This document shows, one piece after another, positions 1-8,771 of a stretch of 12,928 nucleotides of DNA. A program made the position numbers and the translations under genes. Where the stretch lies: assembly GCF_006345805.1 (NCBI RefSeq), contig NW_021826159.1, forward strand, positions 1-12,928, in the 5' to 3' direction. Numbering within the stretch: position 1 is the stretch's first letter; every line of letters starts with the position of its first letter. Origin of the DNA: Octopus sinensis (Eukaryota). The notes below the pieces were generated by a model, which was not told where the DNA came from, searched no databases, and saw only the letters and a list, made by a program, of their open reading frames with translations.

Positions 1-347
1 TCCCACTGTGTGGCATCTTGGGCAAGTGTCTTGCACCATAGCCTCGGGCCGACCAATGCCTTGTGAGTGGATTTGGTAGACGGAAACTGAAAGAAGTCTG
101 TCGTATATATGTAGGTATATGTGTATGCGTGTGTGTTTGTGTGTCTGTGTTTGTCCCCCCAACATTGCTTGACAACCGATGCTGGTGTGTTTACGTCCCC
201 GTCACTTAGCGGTTCGGCAAGAAGAGAACCGATAGAATAAGTACTGGGCTTACAAAAGAATAAGTCCCGGGGTCGATTTGCTCGACTAAAGGCGGTGCTC
301 CAGCATGACCGCAGTCAAATGACTGAAACAAGTAAAAGAGTAAAAGA

Positions 348-348
<1 letters not shown>
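1..348 (+). mobile_element. tRNA-derived SINE family A (octopus-type), 5' end cut by window edge
   Basis: Matches the full copy at 9402-9789: head ending ...GAAAGAAGTCTGTCG, internal (TA)/(TG) tract, body GTCCCCGTCACTTAGCGGTTCGGC...GGCGGTGCTCCAGCATG, tail TGACTGAAACAAGTAAAAGAGTAAAAGAG. Confidence 0.9.
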
Positions 349-389
<41 letters not shown>

Positions 390-495
390 ACTCACATATA
401 TATATATATTTATACCTCCAAATACATATACATTCACACACACACATATACATAGATATGTATATACTTAGACATATACACACACACTCACATAT
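349..495. repeat. (TA)n/(CA)n compound microsatellite
   Basis: Directly visible dinucleotide runs after the SINE tail. Confidence 0.95.
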
Positions 496-796
496 CATAT
501 TAAAAATGTTGTTATTCTATTGCGTTCCATAGGTAATTAACAATTAACACCAGATGCTAATGAACTTGTGGAATATTTTTTTTATGGTGGAATTATTCGG
601 TTGAAATAATATATTCATAATTGTTGTTTATACTGTGACTGAAAAGATCCGGGTTGCTTCCTGCACCGGGTCGGCATAGCCCCTCCCCATTCAAAGTACC
701 CTGTATTCCAGAATATCCCGCTGTGCTTGAGGAGACCTATTGAGTCAAGTACATGAACATCGAAATAAATATCAATTGAAATAGTAGTTGTGATAC

Positions 797-1866
797 CTGT
801 GCTGGTGGCACGTAAAAAGCACCATCCGAACGTGGCCGATGCCAGCGCCGTCTTGACTGGCTTCTGTGCCGGTGACACATAAAAAGCACCATCCGAACGT
901 GGCCGATGCCAGCGCCGTCTTGACTGGCTTCTGTGTCAGTGGCACATAAAAAGAACCATCCGAACGTGGCCGATGCCAGCGCCGTCTTGACTGGTTTCTG
1001 TGTCAGTGGCACATAAAAAGAACCATCCGAACGTGGCCGATGCCAGCGCCGCCTCGACTGGCTTCTGTGCCGGTGGCACATAAAAAGAACCATCCGAACG
1101 TGGCCGATGCCAGCGCCGCCTTGACTGGCTTCTGTGCAGGTGGTATGTAAAAAGCACCATCCAAAGTTGGCTGATGCAAGCGCCGTCTTGAGTGGCTCCT
1201 GTGCCGGTGGCACATAAAAAGCACCATCCGAACATGGCCGATGTCAGCGCCACATCGACTGGCTTCCGTGCCGGTGGCACATAAAAAGCACCATGTGCCG
1301 GTAGCACTAAAAAAGCACCATCCGAACGTGGCCGATGCCAGCGCCGCCTCGACTGGCTTCTGTGATGGTGGCACATAAAAAGCATCACGTGCATTGGTAC
1401 ATGAAAAGCACCATCTGAACGTGGCAGATGCCAGCACCGCCTTGACTGGCTTCTGTCCCGGTGGCACATAAAAAGCACCATCCGAACGTGGCCGATGCCA
1501 CCGCCGCCTCGACTGGCTTCTGTGCCGGTGGTACACAAAAAGCACCATCAGAATGTGGACGATGCCAGTGCCGCCTTGATTGGCTTCTGTACCGGTGGCA
1601 CACAAAAAGCACCAATCGAACTTGGCCGATGCCAGCGACACCTTGACTGGCTTCTGTCCCGGTGACACGTAAAAAGCACCACCCGAACGTGCCCGATGGC
1701 AGCGCCGCCTTGACTGGCTTCTGTTCCGGTGGTACATAAAAAGCACTATCCGAACGTGGCCGATGCTAGCCCCACCTTGACTGGCTTCCGTGCCGGCGGC
1801 AAGATAAAAGCACCAACCGATGCCAGACTCCCCTGGCACCTGTGCTGGTGGCACGTAAAAATCACC
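797..1866 (+). repeat. 67-bp tandem minisatellite: 14 full units, two ~27-bp deleted units, one 52-bp terminal unit
   Basis: Anchor AAAAAGCACC (or variant) at 814, 881, 948, 1015, 1082, 1149, 1216, 1283, 1310, 1377, 1403, 1470, 1537, 1604, 1671, 1738, 1805, 1857. Consensus GGTGGCACATAAAAAGCACCATCCGAACGTGGCCGATGCCAGCGCCGCCTTGACTGGCTTCTGTGCC. Confidence 0.97.
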
Positions 1867-2040
1867 CACTACACTCACGGAGTGGTTGGCGTTAGGAAGA
1901 GCTTCAAGCTGTAGAAACACTGCCAGATCAGACTGGAGACTAGTGCATCCTCCTGGCTTCCCAGATCCCCGGTCGAACCGTCCAACCCATGCTAGCGCGG
2001 AAAACGGACGTTAAACGACGATGATGATGATGGTGATGAT
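797..2040 (+). mobile_element. Family B retroposon 3' part with (GAT)n tail and internal minisatellite (SINE or LINE 3' UTR; RTE-like tail)
   Basis: 1857-2040 matches copies at 9194-9385 and 9792-9969 (CACCCACTACACTC..GGTTGGCGTTAGGAAG..CCAACCCATGCTAGC..GGACGTTAAACGACGATGATGATG). The 5' boundary is uncertain and may extend upstream of 797. The RTE link is inferred from the tail type only. Confidence 0.8.
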
Positions 2041-2135
2041 TACCAGACAAACAGGCAAAATCATATCTTTTCACTAATGAGAAAAAAAAAATTCGGGAAT
2101 GGTATCGTGAAGTATTTATTATTTCAGGTGTAACA

Positions 2136-2548
2136 CCTTTACTCCTTTACTTGTTTCAGTCATTTGACTGCGGCCATGCAGGAGCACCGCCTTTTAGTTG
2201 AGCAAATCGACCCTGGGGCTTATTCTTTTTGTAAGCCCAGTTATTCTATCGGTTACCTTTTTGCCGAACCGCTAGGTGACGGGGACATAAACGGGGACAC
2301 CAGCATCAGTTGTCAAGTGATGTGGGGGGGGGGGGGGGACAAACACAGACACACACACATACATTTATATATATATATATATATATACGACAGGCTTCTT
2401 TCAGTTTCCGTCTACCAAATCCACTCACAAAGCTTTGGTCGGCCCGAGGATATAGCAGAAGACACTTGCCCAAGGTGCCACGCAGTGGGACTGAACACGG
2501 AACCATGTGGTTGGTAAGCAAGCTACTTACCACACAGCCACTCCTGCA

Positions 2549-2551
<3 letters not shown>
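2136..2551 (-). mobile_element. SINE family A, full length
   Basis: Reverse complement of head (AGGTGCAGGAGTGGCTGTGTGG), internal TA/TG tract, body and AAAGGAGTAAAGG tail. Poly-C expanded to 15 (G15 at 2324-2338 on the + strand). Confidence 0.92.
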
Positions 2552-2593
<42 letters not shown>

Positions 2594-2646
2594 TAATATA
2601 TATATATATATATATAATATATATATATAATATATATATATAATAG

Positions 2647-2705
<59 letters not shown>

Positions 2706-2709
2706 TAAA
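2552..2709. repeat. Imperfect (TA)n microsatellite
   Basis: Directly visible. Similar tracts at 2877-2976 and 3229-3249 separate the following SINE heads. Confidence 0.95.
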
Positions 2710-2876
2710 CGACAGGCTTCTTTCAGTTTCCGTCTACCAAATCCACTCACAAGGCTTTGGTCGGCCTGAAGCTATAGTAGAAGAACTTGCCCCAAGTGCC
2801 ACGCAGTGGGACTGAACCCGGAATCATGTGGTTGGGAGCAAAGTTACTTACTTACCACACAGCCACTCCTACACCT
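2710..2876 (-). mobile_element. SINE family A, head-only copy
   Basis: Covers the 5' end to ...GAAGCCTGTCG, then (TA)n. No body or tail. Confidence 0.9.
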
Positions 2877-2976
2877 ATATATATATAGAAAATATATATA
2901 TATATATAATATTATATATATAATAATATATATATATATATATCTATATTATATATAATATATATATATATATATA

Positions 2977-3228
2977 CGATGGGCTTCTTTCAGTTTCCGT
3001 CTACAAATCCACTCACAAGGGTTTGGTCGGCCAGAGGCTATAGCAGAAGACACCTGCCCAAGGTGTCACGCAGTGGGACTGAACCCGGAACCATGTTGTT
3101 GGTAAGCAAGCTACTTACTACACAGGCTATAGCAGAAGACACTTCCCCAAGGTGCCACGCAGTTGGACTGAACCCGGAACCATGTGGTTGGTAAGCAAGC
3201 TACTTACCACACAGCCACTACTGCGCCT
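2977..3228 (-). mobile_element. SINE family A, head-only copy with 89-bp internal tandem duplication
   Basis: GGCTATAGCAGAAGACAC starts at both 3036 and 3125. Confidence 0.9.
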
Positions 3229-3249
3229 ATATATATATATATATATATA

Positions 3250-3413
3250 CAATGGACTTCTTTCAGTTTCCGTCTACCAAATCCACTCACAAGGCATTGG
3301 TCGGCCCGGGCCTATAGCAGAAGACACTTGCCCAAGGTGCCACGCAGTGGGACTGAACCCGGAACCATGTGGTTGGTGAACAAGCTACTTACCACACAGC
3401 CACTGCTGCGCCT
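3250..3413 (-). mobile_element. SINE family A, head-only copy (5'-most of the chain)
   Basis: Same head. Its 5' end abuts unique sequence (3414 onward), not (TA)n. Confidence 0.9.
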
Positions 3414-5394
3414 GTAACGTTGGTGTAATTTAATTAGCTCAGGTGTAATTAACAACAACAATAATTGAAAGATGAAAAAAAGGGTTTTCTTACGTGCGTA
3501 AACTTCTTCTGATTGGAAGCCCATATCCTAGACTTTTGTTCAATATATTCCTGAGATTGCATATTTGTGGGAATCGTTGGCTGTGTGACAATGTGGCGAA
3601 TGTTCTGTCCCCGAGGTGGCCTGAAAAATATAAAAATATTTCAATGGAATAGGGTCGTATTTTTATATATGGGTTCAAATACATATAAGTACATATTCTT
3701 CTCCGAGACCCTGCGGTGCAAGTTGACCAAAATTGAGAGTATGATAGAAAATTATTTACATCAAAAACGTGCTTTTTTTCTATGAAATTCCCTATTTTTT
3801 GGTAGCCTTCAACTAACACTATCTCCTCAAAAACCCGGCGGCGCAAGTTGACCAAATTTGAGAGTATGATAGAAGAAGGCTTGCTCTTCTTTCCTTCGGA
3901 GATAAAATTCAAATTGGACCATGTTAACACCAAACATTATTTACATCGAAAACGTGCTTTTTTTCTATGAAAATCCCTACTTTTTACTATTTATAAAGCT
4001 GAAGTTGTCTGTGTATGGCAGGTTTGGTAGCCTTCAACTAACACTCCCTCCTCCGAGACCCTGCGGGGCAATTTGACCAAAATTGAGAATATGATAGAAG
4101 AAGGCTTGCTCTTCATTCCGTAGAAGATAATATTCAAATCGGACCATGTTAACACCACAAATTATTTACATCAAAAACGTGCTTTTTTTCTATGAAAATC
4201 CCTATTTTTTACTATTTATAAAGCTGAAGTTGTCTGTGTGTCTGTGGCAGGTTTGGTAGCCTTCAACTAACACTATCTCCTCCGAGACCCTGCGGTGCAG
4301 GTTGACCAGAATTGAGAGTATGATAGAAGTCTGGCTCTTTATTCCGTAGGAGATAAAATTCAAATCGGACCATGTTATCAAAATATTTCAATGGAATAGG
4401 GTCGTATTTTTACATATGGGTTCAAATACATACAAGTACATATTCTCCTTCGAGACCCTGCGGTGCAAGTTGACCAGAATTGAGAGTATGATAGAAGAAG
4501 GCTTGCCCTTCCTTCCGTAGGAGATAAAATTCAAATCGGACCATGTTTTCAAAATATTTCAATGGAATAGGGTCGTATTTTTATATATGGGTTCAAATAC
4601 ATATAAGTACATATTCTCCTCCGAGAACTGCGGTGCAAGTTGACCAAAATTGAGAGTATGATAGAAGAAGGCTTGCTCTTCATTCCGCAGAAGATAAAAT
4701 TCAAATCGGACCATGTTAATACCAAAAATTATTTACATAAAGAACGTGCTTTTTTCTATGAAAATCCCTATTTTTTACTATTTATAAAGCTGAAGTTGTC
4801 TGTGTGTGTGTGGCAGGTTTGGTAGCCTTCAACTAACACTATCTCCTCCGAGACCCTGCGGTACAAGTTGACCAAAATTGAGAGTATGATAGAAGAAGGC
4901 TTGCCCTTCATTCGGTAGGAGATAAAATTCAAATCGGACCATGTTAACACCAAAAATTATTTACATCAAAAACGTGCTTTTTTTCTATGAAAATCCCTAT
5001 TTTTACTATTTATAAAGCTAAAGTTGTCTGTGTGTGGCAGGTTTGGTAGCCTTCAACTAACACTATCTCCTCCGAGACCCTCAGGCGCAAGTTGACCAAA
5101 ATTGAGAGTATGATAGAAGAAGGCTTGCTCTTCATTCCGTAGAAGATAAAATTCAAATCGGACCATGTTAACACCAAAAATTATTTACATAAATAGGTGC
5201 TTTTTTTTTCTGTGGAAAGCCCTATTTTTTTAGGAGTTTTTGACTGCTGTGTCGCCATTTTTTAGTGTATTTCAACCAGAAAAATGTTCACTTAAAGAGA
5301 ATAACAAGCTACATAATGCAAAATTTATACTTTTCAAAAATTCTAATTCTAATGGGTCGAAACAAGCCTGAGCAACGCCGGGCGATACTACTAG

Positions 5395-5761
5395 TCTATA
5401 TCTATAAAGCTGAAGTTGTGTGTCTGTGGCAGGTTTGGTAGCCTTCAACTATCTCTATCTCCTCCGAGACCCTGCGGTGCAAGTTGACCAAAATTGAGAG
5501 TATGATAGAAGAAGGCTTGCTCTTCATTCCGTGAATGGACCATGTTAACACCAAAAATTATGTACATCAAAAAGGTGCTTTTTTTTCTATGAAAATACCA
5601 ATTTTTTTACTGCTGTATCACCATTTTTCGGTGTATTTCAACCAGAAAAATGTTCACTTAAAGAGAATAACAATCTATAATAATGCAAAATTTATACTTT
5701 TCAAAAATTCTAATTCTAATGGGTCGAAACAAACCTGAGCAACGCCGGGTGATACTACTAG
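5395..5761 (+). mobile_element. Complete 367-bp HelA unit (TC...hairpin-CTAG)
   Basis: Begins TCTATATCTATAAAG and ends CCTGAGCAACGCCGGGTGATACTACTAG. Confidence 0.85.
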
Positions 5762-5968
5762 TCTATACATATATGCGTTTTTTTCTATGAAAAGCCCTAA
5801 TTTTTAGGACATTTTGACTGCTGTATCACCATTTTTCGGTGTATTTCAACCAGAAAAATGTTCACTTAAAGAGAATAACAAGCTACAGAATGCAAAATTT
5901 TTACTTTTCAAAAATTCTAATTCTAAAGGGTCGAAACAAATCCGGGCAACGCCGGGCGATACTACTAG
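5762..5968 (+). mobile_element. 207-bp internally deleted HelA unit
   Basis: TCTATACATATATGCG joined directly to the 3' module, ending CCGGGCAACGCCGGGCGATACTACTAG. A similar unit follows at 5969-6170 without CTAG. Confidence 0.8.
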
Positions 5969-6230
5969 TCTATATATATATGCTTTTTTTCTATGAAAAG
6001 CCCTAAATTTTAGGACATTTTGACTGCTGTATCACCATTTCTCGGTGTATTTCAACCAGAAAAATGTTCACTTAAAGAGAATAACAAGCTACATAATGCA
6101 AAATTTTTACTTTTCAAAAATTCTAATTCTAAATGGTCGAAACAAACCCGAGCAACGCCGGGTGATACTGCCTGTTTCTTTGTAAAATCTTTCTCTTCCT
6201 CAATAGATTCAGCAAAATAGTCCTTTCTTT

Positions 6231-6438
6231 TTTTTTACTGTTTTATTTGTTTCAGTCATTTGACTGCGGCCATGCTGGAGCACCGCCTTTAGTCGAGCAA
6301 ATCGACCCCGGGACTTATTCTTTGTAAGCCCAGTACTTTTTCTATCGGTCTCATTTGCCGAACCGCTAAGTAACAGGGACGTAAACACACCAGCAATGTG
6401 TGTCAAGCAATGCTAGGGGGACAAACACAGACATACAA

Positions 6439-6487
<49 letters not shown>

Positions 6488-6658
6488 CACATATACGACA
6501 GGCTTCTTTCAGTTTCTCTCTACGAAATCCACTCACAAGGCATTGGTCTGCCCGGGGCTATAGCAGAAGACACTTGCCCAAGGTGCCACGCAGTGGGACT
6601 GAACCCGGAACCATGTGGTTGGTTACTAAGCTACTTACCACACAGCCACTCCTGCGTC

Positions 6659-6659
<1 letters not shown>
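6231..6659 (-). mobile_element. SINE family A, full length
   Basis: Head, internal (TA)(TG)n, body and degenerate tail all match 9402-9789 in reverse orientation. Confidence 0.92.
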
Positions 6660-6691
<32 letters not shown>

Positions 6692-6696
6692 TATAA

Positions 6697-6777
6697 TTGG
6701 GCAAGTGTCTTCTCTATAGCCCCGGCCGATCAATGCCTTGTGAGTGATTCGGTACGGAAACTAAAAGAAGCCTGTCG

Positions 6778-6822
<45 letters not shown>

Positions 6823-6868
6823 ACGACAGGCTTCTTTTAGTTAGACGGAAACTAAAAGAAGCCTGTCG
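6697..6868. repeat. Fold-back fragments of the SINE head at 6947-7110
   Basis: A + strand fragment at 6697-6777 and a 19-bp-stem hairpin at 6824-6868. Both carry the CTAAAAG variant of the 6947 copy. Confidence 0.85.
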
Positions 6869-6892
6869 TATATATATATAATATATATATAT

Positions 6893-6935
<43 letters not shown>

Positions 6936-6946
6936 ATATATATATA

Positions 6947-7110
6947 CGACAGGCTTCTTTTAGTTTCCGTCTACCGAATCCACTCACAAGGCATTGGTCG
7001 GCCCGGGGCTATAGCAGAAGACACTTGCCCAAGATGCCACGCAGTGGGACTGAACCCGGAACCATGTGGTTGGTAAACAAGCTACTAACCACACAGCCAC
7101 TCCTGCGCCT
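6947..7110 (-). mobile_element. SINE family A, head-only copy
   Basis: Reverse complement of AGGCGCAGGAGTGGCTGTGTGG...GAAGCCTGTCG. Confidence 0.9.
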
Positions 7111-7120
7111 ATATAATAAA

Positions 7121-7248
7121 AAATTTTTACTTTTCAAAAATTATTATTCTAAAGAATCGAAACGAACCCGAGCAACGCCGGGTGATACTGATTATATCTT
7201 AGTAAAATCTTTCTTCCTCAATACAGTCAGCGAAATAGTCCTTCCTTT
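7121..7248 (+). repeat. Diverged direct copy of 6101-6230 (HelA 3' module plus downstream flank)
   Basis: AAATTTTTACTTTTCAAAAATT..CCCGAGCAACGCCGGGTGATACTG..GTAAAATCTTTC..TTCCTCAATA..AAATAGTCCTT is present at both sites. Confidence 0.85.
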
Positions 7249-7651
7249 CATAAAAAAACACACACAACTTAATCAAAAGAAAACCTCAGATAGTTGGGAT
7301 TGCCAGGGATAATTGCAGGTACTTAACATTTTTCATAACGTAGGATAATTGCCAACAATTACAAGGGGCATTTCGTTTATTCATATCTTCTGATTCTATC
7401 TTTTATAACGAGTTTCATCTTTTTTGAGGGTGTTGTTTTGTTTAATTGCCCTGTGGTGTAATATTGTAAGTCTTGGGGGCATACTTGAGAGGTTATGTGG
7501 AATGTGTGAGTGTGTGTGTGAGTAAGTATACATATCAGGCAGTCTTTCTGTATTACATACGCCACTGACAGGCTTGGATTAAGTTTCATCAAGCGATCTG
7601 ATAATCTCTATATATAAAACTGAGAATGTGTGTCTGTCTGTTTGTGTGTTT

Positions 7652-8089
7652 CCCTAAAACTTGAGAAGTACACCACCTATTTCATTCAAATTTTACACAT
7701 GCCTTACTTAGGGTCCGGGGAGTGTCATCGGCAAAAAATATTTTTAACTGTTTGCCTAGGGCGAGCCCACAGCAATATCATATCTTCTCCACTACGATTC
7801 CCTAAAACTTGAGAACTACACAACCAATTTCATTCAAATTTTACACATGCCTTACTTAGGGTCCGGGGAGTGTCATCGCCAAAAAATATTTTTAACTATT
7901 TGCCTAGGGCGAGCCCATAGCAATATCATATCTTCTCCACTACGATTCCCTAAAACTTGAGAACTACACAACCAATTTCATTCAAATTTTACACATGTCT
8001 TACTTAGGGTCCGGGGAGTGTCATCGGCAAAAAAATGTTCAACTTCTAGCCTAGAGCGAGCCCATAGCAATATCATATCTTCTCCACTA
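7652..8089 (+). repeat. Three 148-bp tandem units inside HelB
   Basis: CCCTAAAACTTGAGAA at 7652, 7800 and 7948. Confidence 0.95.
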
Positions 8090-8389
8090 TTTCAGTATTA
8101 CGTGTTAAAAGTGAAACAAAAACATTTCTCTATTTTATGTCAGATACTTTCACTTTAACAATAAAAATTAGATATAATAATAACAATTGAATAATATGTA
8201 AGTAAGTAATATTTAAAATCAAACTAAAGTACAATATAATCGTAACATAACAAAAGTAAAAATAGCAATTGGTATAAAATTGCATCAATGATCTGAACTG
8301 GAATAAGTGGTTTCACATGAATGGGAATAAATTAAAAATAAAATTAGCGTGCAGAAATGGAATAGTCCAGATGGATAATAAAAAATTAA

Positions 8390-8771
8390 ATTAAAGAAAA
8401 GACTATTGTCTATAAAGTATACAATGTAGAGAAAAAAGAAGATTTTGAACACATGGAGGAAAGCACCTTCGAAAAGTGTCTTGGTGCGACTATGAAAGAT
8501 ATCTAACCAGAGGCGGTAAATTCGCCACAATAGAAGCAAGGTTCGAGTCAACGGAGCGTGCAAGGGAGTACTCGACTGGAACATTGCAAAGTGGAAATAT
8601 TTTATTTTTACCTTTATATCTGGGATGTAGGACGGCCCGGAAAAAAATTTTAAATGCTCCCCCCAGAAATAGATGTAGGCTGGATTGTATGTAGCCACAC
8701 TTCTATACAAGAGGGAGGACAAGATACAATTGATCGGAATTACAAGAGACGAGCCTACAATTCCAGTCTGT
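8390..8771 (+). pseudogene. Decayed protein-coding fragment (~125 aa, 3 frame disruptions) inside HelB; possibly non-LTR retrotransposon ORF1-like
   Basis: Stitching frames gives IKEKTIVYKVYNVEKKEDFEHMEESTFEKCLGATMK/RYLTRGGKFATIEARFESTERAREYSTGTLQSGNILFLPLYLGCRTARKKILNAPP/EIDVGWI/VATLLYKREDKIQLIGITRDEPTIPV. The shifts fall in an A-run (~8497), a C-run (~8660) and a 4-nt GTAT duplication (~8687-8693). Family assignment is unverified. Confidence 0.5.

Larger units (their letters stand above)
3633..6170 (+). mobile_element. Tandem, modular array of a non-autonomous Helitron (family HelA)
   Basis: Core CCGAGACCCTGCGG..GACCAAAATTGAGAGTATGATAG present 9 times (3703, ~3828, 4053, 4282, 4450, 4621, 4848, 5072, 5464). 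Helitron-type 3' ends (CCCGRGCAACGCCGGG hairpin, then CTAG) at 5391-5394, 5758-5761, 5965-5968. 5' TC start TCTATATCTATAAAGCTGAAG at 5395. Confidence 0.85.

Noticed and set aside
797-1866. CRISPR-like regular repeat array
   Set aside because: The whole 67-bp unit repeats with no unique spacers, there are no cas genes, and the context is eukaryotic retroposon sequence.
615-1920. Long ORFs (158-305 aa) on the minus strand
   Set aside because: They are translations of the 67-bp repeat cycling through frames (67 is not a multiple of 3). All three frames give the same recurring peptides.
2164-3524. Recurrent ORFs such as RHLPKVPRSGTEPGTMWLVSKLLTTQPLL
   Set aside because: They are translations of SINE heads, repeated wherever the SINE occurs.
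3633-6170. Hammerhead ribozyme or Rep/helicase coding remnants in the HelA array
   Set aside because: I saw no CTGATGA...GAAA core and no Rep or helicase motifs. The ORFs are short repeat translations.
7284-7321. Possible micro-exon on the minus strand
   Set aside because: There is no polypyrimidine tract and the donor is weak (GTTTTC).
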